This document shows positions 19,301-26,662 of a DNA stretch of 38,386 nt, one piece after another (position 1 is the first letter of the stretch; every line of letters starts with the position of its first letter). The position numbers and the translations under genes are program-made. The stretch is taken from contig JAZDJR010000016.1 of the NCBI GenBank assembly GCA_043803815.1, positions 1 to 38,386 of the forward strand, read 5' to 3'. The notes beneath the pieces are model-generated. The model ran no database searches. It was not told where the DNA came from and saw only the letters and a program-made list of their open reading frames with translations. The stretch is from Candidatus Micrarchaeota archaeon (GTDB lineage Archaea; Iainarchaeota; Iainarchaeia; Iainarchaeales; JAGVWC01).

Positions 19301-21227
19301 TTGCGTGATTCCACCCAATGCAAGTCCATGGTCCACGGTCTACTCGTTCACGATTTCCAGCACCGCTGTATTTTATCGATTAACAGTCACAAAATCCGGA
19401 ACCGGCACTGGACTTGTTTATTCAGGAACCCCTAGTGGAATTGACATTTGGTGCGGTTCAACGTGCTCTGCGTTATTCGAGCCCGGAACTCTGGTTAACT
19501 TATACGAAACGCCAGACACGAACTCGGCATTTTCAAGTTGGAGCGGGGGATGCACAGGAACAGGGGAATACTGTACGGCCACAATGGACGCAAACAAAAC
19601 AGTCAACGCCACATTCAACAGCACTGGCCCAACTCCCACCTATTCTTTGAGCGTAACAAAATCCGGAACAGGAACTGGAACCGTTGCTTCCACTCCGGGT
19701 GGAATTGATTGCGGTTCAACATGTTCCGCACCATTCAGTTCAGGAACTTTGGTTACCTTAACCGCAACGCCAAACGCGGGTTCGGCATTTTCAAGTTGGA
19801 GCGGAGCATGCACAGGAACCGGAAACCCATGCACGGTCACAATGGATGTAAACAAAACAACCAACGCAACATTCACCCTAGACACCAGTCCGCCAACAGT
19901 TTCAATCACTTCTCCAACAAACGGAGCAACAGTAACCGGAACAATTAATATTAATGCAAACGCAAGCGACAACATCGGAGTAACAAGAGTAGACTTTTAT
20001 CGAGACACCAACCTAATCGGAACCGACACCAATTCCCCCTATTCAATTTCATGGGACACTACTTCAGTGAGCAATGGCCAATATAGTTTAACCGCCAAGG
20101 CCTTCGACGCAGCCGACAACAATGCAACCAGCACACCCGTCACGGTAACAGTAAACAACATCATCACCTATTCTTTGAGTGTATCCAAATCCGGAACCGG
20201 AGCAGGAACCATAACCTCCTCTCCTTCCGGAATAAACTGCGGAACAACCTGCACAACAAACTTTCCAATTAACACCACCGTAACACTAACCGCCACACCA
20301 GAAACCGGTTCGATACTCAGAAACTGGACTGGAGCATGCGAAGAACTATTATGCGGCAACGGCACAATTGATCCAGGAGAACAATGCGATGACGGAGGAA
20401 TATGCACCTGCCAAGAAGGCGGAAGTACAGAAAACTGTCCACCAACCTTTGCACCAGTTCATTGCACCACCAACGGCAATCAATGTTCCCTCGGAACCGG
20501 ATACTACTGTAAAACATATTCCGGAGACGGCTGCGATGCTTATTGTCAGATTGAACCAAATAAAATTGAACCAAGCGAACCAACAACAACCTGCACAATT
20601 AAAATGACACAAAACAAAAACAGCAACGCCACATTCAACGACATCCAAAACCCAACCACCAGCATTACCTCTCCAACAAACGAGGCAACCGTCTCCGGAA
20701 CCATCAACATCAACGCAAACGCAAGCGACAACATCGGAATAACAAAAGTAGAATTCTACTACGGAACAACACTAATCGGAACCGACACCAACGCCCCCTA
20801 CTCAATACCATGGAACACCACAACAATAACCAATGGCTCATACTCACTAACCAGCGTTGCCTACGACCTCGCAGACAACACCGGAACCTCAACACCAATC
20901 ACAATAACAGTCAACAACGATACAACCGGACCAGCACTAACAATCACAACCCCCCAAAACGGCATCACTCTACCCCCCAGCGGAACCATCGACATCAGCG
21001 CCACAGCAACCGACCCCAGCGGAATCAACAAAATCGAACTATATGCCAACACCACTCTGATAAAAACCTGCCTAGGAAGCCCCACCACCACAAACCTAAC
21101 CTGCACAAAAAACAACCAAAACGTCAACATCTTCCCAAGCGGAACAAACACCATCACAGCCAAAAGCTGGGACAACAGCGCAAACCAAAACCAAACAACC
21201 ACCAGCATCACGGTTTACAAACCATAA
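16356..21227 (+). CDS. Membrane-anchored S8 (subtilisin/thermitase-like) serine protease. It has a propeptide, four FN3/Ig-like repeats, three InlB-B-repeat-like domains, bacterial Ig-like domains and a Cys-rich insert.
   Basis: Catalytic triad motifs IAILDSG, GHGTAVAG and GTSMSAPYVAG. N-terminal TM LIPAIIIVIAALAFTSFF. TTG 16356 follows GGTGG; ATG 16329 and the ORF start 16257 are alternatives. Confidence 0.9.
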   Translation: MNSTLIPAIIIVIAALAFTSFFSYYQLNGIGLGTANNSIQKNLSETGVASNSIQKSLSETCTVQTGSLESPVEIELSTVFNTPIGNQNKCQQVAQEQKQQITFLLCANNKNTSWYDLYWSNEKTETSQNINCAQFIPLVQPPSAQETAADKTNTSAIGTQTTDEQPTELPDNFQGKKVTKISNDQIFAIGAQTLNGQLIKLPDTFQGKTVVKTSDGQKDHIQGRFIVKFGENADREQQILHVLNARVEKEIPQLGVKIIQIPSAPNELAVLNALQQTEGVEFAEFDELVRPDLIPNDPLYSGQWGLQSTGGINAPPAWDISTGSPNVIIAILDSGADATHEDLAAKVISGWNFYNNNSNTTDLSGHGTAVAGVAAASSNNSIGVASVAWGSKIMPIKVTDENGFGVTSLFVQGLVWAADHNARVANISFTVSGNQSIRISAEYFQAKGGIVVTSAGNTYGPSGYSEEPYFLTVGATYSDGTKAPYSTYGANVDLAAPGTATTTSRGGGYGGASGTSMSAPYVAGVAALLLSKNPGLTPKQVEDILKHFATDLGQAGYDESFGWGRVNAGQALANWNGTGVAPPAPLLGFPANGSTQTSLTHYDFNWFNVTDPTGVTYRLQIDNNGSSFLSPEVDVNTTNTSSYMSFAIALPAGTYSWRVRATDGANNAGVWSSVRTVTNSPTDTQAPTIPILLNPSNGGSTQDYTPAFDWNDSNDQYPYQVQYQLQVDNSGSSFPSPEINITTWNMYRSYYTPTEPLSVGTYSWRVRAFDASGNYSAWSSVFTFTITPDTTPPPAPTPQYPTNGSVTQSVYNTYQWTQVTDNANVVTYQFQLDNSTSAFPSPEIDLSGHSDNFADYPDTLYYYHNPGTYYWRARATDQAGNVGAWSSVWNVTVAPDTTPPPAPALLSPPNGNITTNTTPWFDWSNVNDFNNVNNFISYEIQIDNSGPSFPSPETSKRVLSSDYTPYPPFVSGSYWWRVRAFDCVIPPNASPWSTVYSFTISSTAVFYRLTVTKSGTGTGLVYSGTPSGIDIWCGSTCSALFEPGTLVNLYETPDTNSAFSSWSGGCTGTGEYCTATMDANKTVNATFNSTGPTPTYSLSVTKSGTGTGTVASTPGGIDCGSTCSAPFSSGTLVTLTATPNAGSAFSSWSGACTGTGNPCTVTMDVNKTTNATFTLDTSPPTVSITSPTNGATVTGTININANASDNIGVTRVDFYRDTNLIGTDTNSPYSISWDTTSVSNGQYSLTAKAFDAADNNATSTPVTVTVNNIITYSLSVSKSGTGAGTITSSPSGINCGTTCTTNFPINTTVTLTATPETGSILRNWTGACEELLCGNGTIDPGEQCDDGGICTCQEGGSTENCPPTFAPVHCTTNGNQCSLGTGYYCKTYSGDGCDAYCQIEPNKIEPSEPTTTCTIKMTQNKNSNATFNDIQNPTTSITSPTNEATVSGTININANASDNIGITKVEFYYGTTLIGTDTNAPYSIPWNTTTITNGSYSLTSVAYDLADNTGTSTPITITVNNDTTGPALTITTPQNGITLPPSGTIDISATATDPSGINKIELYANTTLIKTCLGSPTTTNLTCTKNNQNVNIFPSGTNTITAKSWDNSANQNQTTTSITVYKP
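18095..19355 (+). repeat. Four ~105-aa FN3/Ig-like repeats in the S8 protease
   Basis: Recurring P.AP.L..P.NG....W..V.D....Y..Q.DNS..SFPSPE.....G.Y.WRVRA.D..N...WS.V. Confidence 0.8.
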
Positions 21228-21340
21228 AAAAACGATTTTCTAGCCAAAAACTTCCAGGATTCAGCCAACCGACAACTGGAACAAAACCCTTGCAAGCGGA
21301 ACGAAAAACCAATAAAAAGAGTTTTCCGGTTGTTTTGGTA

Positions 21341-22012
21341 ATGCGCTCCAATCCAAAAGCGATTCTGGAAAAACTGAAACAGCAGTATCCCAAACCCGCG
21401 GTTTTTTTGAAACACGCAAACCCGCTTGAACTATTGGTCGCAACTATTTTGTCCGCCCAATGCACGGATGCGCAGGTGAACCGAATCACGAAAAAACTGT
21501 TTCAGAAATACCGGAAACTGGAAGATTATGTGAACGCAAATCCGCGGACGTTTGAAAAAGAAATCAAAAGCACGGGTTTTTTCCGCCAAAAAACAAAAAA
21601 CATCTTGGCGGCGGCCAAAAAAATCAAAAAAGAATTTAATGGAAAAGTTCCGAACACCATGAACAAACTTCTCACACTTCCGGGAGTCGGAAGAAAAACC
21701 GCGAACATCGTACTAAGCCGGGGATTCGGAAAAAACGAGGGAATCGCGGTGGACACGCATGTCAAGCGCTTAAGCCTGCGTTTGGGTCTTTCAAAAAATA
21801 CAATACCGGAAAAAATCGAAACCGATTTAATGAAACTGGCCTTGCCCGGTGAATATGCTTGGCTGTCAAGCGCCTTGATTTTGCACGGCCGCAAAACCTG
21901 CCGCGCGCGAAACCCGGCCTGCGTCCACTGCTTTCTGAACAAAGCCTGTCCTTCGGCGTTCACCTTTAGTCCAACCAACCAAACCCATAAATTCTTGCGA
22001 ATTCAACAATAA
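21341..22012 (+). CDS. nth: Endonuclease III (HhH-GPD DNA glycosylase/AP lyase)
   Basis: Motifs ELLVATILSAQCTD, LPGVGRKTANIVL, AVDTHV and the [4Fe-4S] motif CRARNPACVHCFLNKAC. Start placed at ATG 21341. Confidence 0.95.
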   Translation: MRSNPKAILEKLKQQYPKPAVFLKHANPLELLVATILSAQCTDAQVNRITKKLFQKYRKLEDYVNANPRTFEKEIKSTGFFRQKTKNILAAAKKIKKEFNGKVPNTMNKLLTLPGVGRKTANIVLSRGFGKNEGIAVDTHVKRLSLRLGLSKNTIPEKIETDLMKLALPGEYAWLSSALILHGRKTCRARNPACVHCFLNKACPSAFTFSPTNQTHKFLRIQQ

Positions 22013-22015
22013 GGT

Positions 22016-22294
22016 ATGAGACTCCGAAAACCAACCAATCGAATTCCCACCCAAACAGGTCGACCTTCCACCCATTCCATTCGGCCCACGATTCGAACGT
22101 TTGGCACGTCCAGCCGGGCATCCATCCGGCCAATCGGACCCCCGCTTGGACCGATACAACCGACGCACCCTTCAACTCCGAAAAGGCCGTATGACCCAAA
22201 AAGAGACCGGCCCGATACTCCGCCCAGACCAAAACCAGACCCAAAACAGCCGCCAAAGCCCAAAAAAGGACATGAAATCGACGTTGATGCCTAA
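22016..22294 (+). CDS. Small Pro/Arg/Lys-rich, probably disordered hypothetical protein
   Basis: ATG 3 nt after the nth stop. The ORF fills the gap, and a T-tract follows at about 22310-22318. No recognisable domain. Confidence 0.45.
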   Translation: MRLRKPTNRIPTQTGRPSTHSIRPTIRTFGTSSRASIRPIGPPLGPIQPTHPSTPKRPYDPKRDRPDTPPRPKPDPKQPPKPKKGHEIDVDA

Positions 22295-22342
22295 TTTTGA
22301 CCAAACGCTTGTTTTTTAATCGTTTTATCGGAAAAATCGAGT

Positions 22343-22414
22343 ATGATAGAGATACTATTAGGACTATCGATTGTGGCCATTTTTGTGTACTTGTGGAAGT
22401 ACTATAAGCACTAA
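22343..22414 (+). CDS. Putative 23-aa single-pass membrane micropeptide (MIEILLGLSIVAIFVYLWKYYKH)
   Basis: Manual translation from ATG 22343 to TAA 22412-22414 gives a hydrophobic stretch, an aromatic belt and a basic tail. It ends 13 nt upstream of the next ATG. Confidence 0.5.
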   Translation: MIEILLGLSIVAIFVYLWKYYKH

Positions 22415-22427
22415 AAAGAGGGAAACC

Positions 22428-22655
22428 ATGGCTTTTTTGGACAACATCATCAAAACCATCACAGGAACAGTCCGCACCGTAGTCGCATTCATGTTTTTTG
22501 TTTTCACAGCCGGAATGCTGTTCGGCCTGTTCTTATCGCACAGTTCGCACCCTGAAATCTTATTTGTGCCCCCGATTTTGGGACTGCTCGCGTTCTACAA
22601 CGAAACGATTGCGATTCTCATCCTGATTTTGATTGTGGTTGTATTTTTTATTTAG
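22428..22655 (+). CDS. Small integral membrane protein (75 aa, 2-3 TM)
   Basis: ATG 22428 after GAGGG. Reads MAFLDNIIKT followed by strongly hydrophobic segments. Confidence 0.75.
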   Translation: MAFLDNIIKTITGTVRTVVAFMFFVFTAGMLFGLFLSHSSHPEILFVPPILGLLAFYNETIAILILILIVVVFFI

Positions 22656-22863
22656 CCGACTGCTACATAATACACGCGGATTGGTTTTGAAATTGCATCC
22701 AAAAAAAAGATTGGGCGGATTTTTGAGTGTTTAGTCGAAATCAGCCACGACAATTGAGGAACTTTTAAAACCCTTTTGGTTGATTAATTATTAGAATTGT
22801 GTTTGCCGAGCCAAGGCTTTCGCTTTGGCGTTTTTCACAGGGTTTTTGTTTGGCGGTGTTGTA

Positions 22864-23094
22864 TTGGCGTTTAGTCTGATGGATAATGAATTGGTTCCTT
22901 TTCACGAAATTGTTCCGGAAGAAGAAGCAGCTCAAGTTCTGGCCAAATTAGGGGTTTCTAAAGACCAATTGCCCGTAATTTTGCCCGATGACCCGGTAGC
23001 ACAGGAACTGCAGGCCAAAAGCGGAGACTTGCTCCGAATTTACCGCAAAAGCCCGACTGCCGGACAAACGATTTATTACCGGGTGGTCGAGTGA
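22864..23094 (+). CDS. rpoH: DNA-directed RNA polymerase subunit H (Rpo5)
   Basis: ELVPFHEIV...LPVILPDDPV...GDLLRIYRKSPTAG...YYRVV. First gene of the RNAP operon. TTG start follows GGCGGTG. Confidence 0.93.
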   Translation: MAFSLMDNELVPFHEIVPEEEAAQVLAKLGVSKDQLPVILPDDPVAQELQAKSGDLLRIYRKSPTAGQTIYYRVVE

Positions 23095-24581
23095 CGGCTG
23101 AAAAAGAAACCGTAAATTACTGGCCGCTCGTCGAATCTTATTTTCACGACAAGAGCTTTGCCAAACAGGAAATCGATTCGTTCAACCAATTCATCGACCA
23201 AAAATTAAGCGAAATCGTAGAAGAAAACAAAACCATTGTCCCCAAAATCGAGGAAGTCAAGCTTGAAGTCAGCAACATTGAAATTGAGCGGCCGCGCATC
23301 ATCGAAGCGGACGGTTCGCCGCGCGCCAAATTCACGCCGATGGAAGCGCGCATCAGAAACCGCACCTATTCAAGCCCTGTTTTTTTAACCATGAAATTAT
23401 TGCGCCGAGACGTCGAACAGGACGTCAAAAAAGCGTATATCGGCGAAATGCCGATTATGGTCAAATCGAACCGCTGCTGGCTTTCCGGCCTCTCTGCGGA
23501 AGAACTTATCGAAGCCGGCGAAGACCCGATGGACTTTGGCGGATATTTTATCGTCAACGGAAGCGAAAAAGCCCTGATGACACAGGAAGTTTTGGCTTCC
23601 GACCGCGTAATCTTGTCAGAAAAAGCGGACGAAAGCATTTCAGCCGAAGTCATTTCAACGCGCGGCGCATTCAAGGGGCGCGTCCGCATTTCGCGCACCA
23701 CCGACGGACTGCTCGGCGTAACATTTCCCGCGTCCCCGAAAAAATTGCGATTATTTGTCTTGCTAAAAGCCTTGGGCCTGAAAACCAAGCGCGAAATCAT
23801 GGACGCGTTTCCAAACGAAGCCCAAATCCAAAACGACGTTTTGGTGAATCTGGAAAACACGCCGGTCAAGGACCAGGAAGAAGCGCTCGACCGCATCGGA
23901 AAATTCGTCGCTCCTGGCCAAGTCATCGATTATCGCCTGCGCCGCGCACAGGAAGTAATCGACGCGTTCTTGTTGCCCCACATCGGCCAAAAACCCGAAG
24001 ACCGCCTCGCCAAAGCGTATTACCTCGCAACGATGGCCACCAAAGCCGTCGAGCGCGCGTACCATTTGCGCCAGGAAGACGACAAGGACCATTACGCGAA
24101 CAAGCGCCTTGAACTTTCGGGAAAATTAATGGAGCACCTGTTTCGCTACGCTTTCAAATATTTCATCAAGGACCTGACGTTTCAAATCGACCGGACCATT
24201 ACCCGCCGGCGCAAACTAAACATCAATACCGTCGTGCGGCCGGGCGCGATTACCGAAAGAATCCGCTTTGCCATGAGCACGGGAAACTGGATCGGCAGGG
24301 CAACGGGAGTCGCCAAATTCATGGACCGGACCAATTACCTGGCACCGCTAACCGACCTGAGAAAAGTCAAGTCCCCGCTGGACAAAAACCGCGAATTATA
24401 CGAGGCCCGCGACGTGCACGGAACGCACTGGGGACGATTATGCCCGATTGAAACTCCGGACGGCCCACAATGCGGCTTAGTAAAAAATCTCGCGTTGCTG
24501 TCCGAAGTCACGATTGAAACCAGCGAAGACCCAGTCGAGAAAATGCTGTATAAAATGGGAGTCAAGCTCAAAAAAATTTAA
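23091..24581 (+). CDS. rpoB2: DNA-directed RNA polymerase subunit B'' (Rpo2N)
   Basis: Motifs PMEARIRNRTYSSP, GEMPIMVKS, GGYFIVNGSEK, DDKDHYANKRL and HWGRLCPIETPDG. GTG start overlaps the rpoH stop (GTGA). Confidence 0.96.
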   Translation: MTAEKETVNYWPLVESYFHDKSFAKQEIDSFNQFIDQKLSEIVEENKTIVPKIEEVKLEVSNIEIERPRIIEADGSPRAKFTPMEARIRNRTYSSPVFLTMKLLRRDVEQDVKKAYIGEMPIMVKSNRCWLSGLSAEELIEAGEDPMDFGGYFIVNGSEKALMTQEVLASDRVILSEKADESISAEVISTRGAFKGRVRISRTTDGLLGVTFPASPKKLRLFVLLKALGLKTKREIMDAFPNEAQIQNDVLVNLENTPVKDQEEALDRIGKFVAPGQVIDYRLRRAQEVIDAFLLPHIGQKPEDRLAKAYYLATMATKAVERAYHLRQEDDKDHYANKRLELSGKLMEHLFRYAFKYFIKDLTFQIDRTITRRRKLNINTVVRPGAITERIRFAMSTGNWIGRATGVAKFMDRTNYLAPLTDLRKVKSPLDKNRELYEARDVHGTHWGRLCPIETPDGPQCGLVKNLALLSEVTIETSEDPVEKMLYKMGVKLKKI

Positions 24582-24653
24582 AACAAGCAAATATTTTAAA
24601 AAATTAAAAAATAAAGCAGATTAAAAATTTTTAAACGAAATAAAAACCGGAAA

Positions 24654-24689
24654 GTGAATAGCCCCGCGGCAAGAGTGCGGGGTATTCAC
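24654..24689. other. GC-rich stem-loop in the A-rich rpoB''-rpoB' spacer
   Basis: GTGAATA-G-CCCCGCG-gcaagag-TGCGGGG-TATTCAC. Confidence 0.6.
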
Positions 24690-24762
24690 GATAAAAATAA
24701 AAAAACGCTTAAAAAAACCCGAACAAAAAAATGAATTAAAATTTTAAAAAGAAGGAAATGAA

Positions 24763-26661
24763 ATGGCAATCCAGGGAAAAGTGTATATCAACGGACGATT
24801 AATCGGCTTTCATCCCGACGTTGAAAAACTCGGCAAAGACCTTATTTTGAGCCGGCGCGAAGGAAAAATCTTAAGTCAGGTTAACATCGCTTATCACGAT
24901 GACACCAACGAAGTGTACATCAATACTGACGCGGGCCGCGTGCAACGGCCGCTAATCGTCGCCAAGAACGGAAAGCCCGCGGTTACCAAAGAAATCGTCA
25001 GGCAGGTTCAGGACGGAAAACTGACATGGAACAATCTCGTCGAACAGGGGCTGGTCGAATACTTAGATGCGGAAGAAGAAGAAAACGCCTATGTTGCCAC
25101 CAACGAAGACGATATTACAGGCGAGCACACGCACGTGGAAATCCACGGCGTTGCCATGCTCAGTGCCGTCACGGGAATGATTCCGTATCTGGAGCACAAC
25201 TTGGCTGGAAAATCGCTTCACGGCGCCAAAATGTTCAAGCAGGCGATTGGAATCGGAGCCGTCAACCAAACCATCCGGACCGACACGGAAAGCTACCTGC
25301 TGCAATACCCGCAAAAAAACCTGGTTTCCACCAAAGTCATGGACTTATTGAAAATGCAGGAACGCCCCCAGGTGCAAAATATGGTCGTTGCGATTTTGTC
25401 TTACCGCGGCTACAATATGCTGGATGCCGTAATCGTCAACAAAGGCTCGGTTGACCGCGGCTTGGGGCGCGCGTTTTATTTCCGCAATTACGAATCGTTT
25501 GAAAACCGGTATCCCGGCGGACAGCGCGACCGCTTTGAAAAGCCGACGGATGAAACCGTCGGATATTTCGGGGATGATTATTACAAAAACGTCGGAGACG
25601 ACGGCTTGGTCGAACTGGAAACATTTGTCAAAGACCGCGACATTATCATCGGCAAAACAAGTCCCCCGCGCTTTCTGGAAGAAATGAACGAATTCGGAGT
25701 CGTAAAAGAAAAACGCCGCGAAAGCTCGGTCACCACGCGCAAGGGAAAACCCGGATTCGTGGACACCGTTGTTGTCACGGAAGACGAAAGCGGAAACAAG
25801 CTCGCCAAAGTAAAAGTGCGCAGCGAAATGATTCCGGAAACCGGCGACAAGTTCAGCTCGCGCCACGGGCAAAAAGGAGTCATCGGAGCCGTTGTTGCCG
25901 AAGAAGACATGCCGTTTACCGAACAGGGAATAAAACCAGACCTTATTCTGAATCCCCACTCCGTGCCAAGCCGAATGACCGTCGGCCACCTGCTGGAAAT
26001 GCTGTCCGGAAAAGCCATCAGTTTAAGCGGCGAAAATCAGGACGGAACGCCGTTTGACTCGGTTTCCTACGAAGACCTCAAAAAAATAATGCACCAGCAG
26101 GGATTCCGAAGCGATGGAAAAGAAACATTTTATGACGGCGTCACAGGCCAAAGGCTCGAATGCGAAATCTTTGCCGGAGTCGTCGGATACCGAAGATTAT
26201 TCCACATGGTGGCCCACAAAATGCAGGCCCGAAGCCGCGGACCAGTGCAGATTTTGACGCGCCAGCCGACCGAAGGAAAGGAAAAGGAAGGCGGATTGCG
26301 GTTCGGGGAAATGGAAGGCGAAACCCTCGTCGGCCACGGCACAGCCATGCTGTTGCAGGAAAAATTCATCGATGATTCGGACAAAACAACCGAACTGGTC
26401 TGCGAAAAATGCGGCGTCATCGCGATTAACGACCAGATTCGGAACAAAAAATACTGCCAATTATGCAACGGTTCGCGCGTTTACCCCGTTGAAATGGCGT
26501 ACGGCTTCAAATTATTGCTGGACGAACTCAAGGCGCTTGGAATTTTCCCGCGCCTTGTTATTTCCGACCGCGTTGAAATTTCGGGCCAAAAAAAACAGGA
26601 AATTGTGCTGGTGCCCCCCACGCAAGTCGTCGCACCGGAACCGGAGAAAAAGGTGAATTAA
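24763..26661 (+). CDS. rpoB1: DNA-directed RNA polymerase subunit B' (Rpo2C)
   Basis: Motifs GDKFSSRHGQKG, NPHSVPSRMTVG, RQPTEG..EGGLRFGEME and the Zn ribbon CEKC...CQLC. Confidence 0.97.
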   Translation: MAIQGKVYINGRLIGFHPDVEKLGKDLILSRREGKILSQVNIAYHDDTNEVYINTDAGRVQRPLIVAKNGKPAVTKEIVRQVQDGKLTWNNLVEQGLVEYLDAEEEENAYVATNEDDITGEHTHVEIHGVAMLSAVTGMIPYLEHNLAGKSLHGAKMFKQAIGIGAVNQTIRTDTESYLLQYPQKNLVSTKVMDLLKMQERPQVQNMVVAILSYRGYNMLDAVIVNKGSVDRGLGRAFYFRNYESFENRYPGGQRDRFEKPTDETVGYFGDDYYKNVGDDGLVELETFVKDRDIIIGKTSPPRFLEEMNEFGVVKEKRRESSVTTRKGKPGFVDTVVVTEDESGNKLAKVKVRSEMIPETGDKFSSRHGQKGVIGAVVAEEDMPFTEQGIKPDLILNPHSVPSRMTVGHLLEMLSGKAISLSGENQDGTPFDSVSYEDLKKIMHQQGFRSDGKETFYDGVTGQRLECEIFAGVVGYRRLFHMVAHKMQARSRGPVQILTRQPTEGKEKEGGLRFGEMEGETLVGHGTAMLLQEKFIDDSDKTTELVCEKCGVIAINDQIRNKKYCQLCNGSRVYPVEMAYGFKLLLDELKALGIFPRLVISDRVEISGQKKQEIVLVPPTQVVAPEPEKKVN

Positions 26662-26662
26662 A

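Noticed and set aside
20810-21340. Apparent 177-aa His/Asn/Gln-rich N-terminal extension on Nth (400-aa ORF)
   Set aside because: It is an alternative frame of the T-poor S8 3' end. Nth homology begins at ATG 21341.
21966-22304. Minus-strand 112-aa hydrophobic ORF
   Set aside because: It overlaps the nth 3' end and is explicable as the antisense of Pro/Lys codons. The plus-strand ORF fits the gene packing better, though this one is not fully excluded.
23091-26661. Split rpoB as a frameshift or pseudogene
   Set aside because: The B''/B' split is an established feature of several archaeal lineages, and both halves have proper starts and complete motifs
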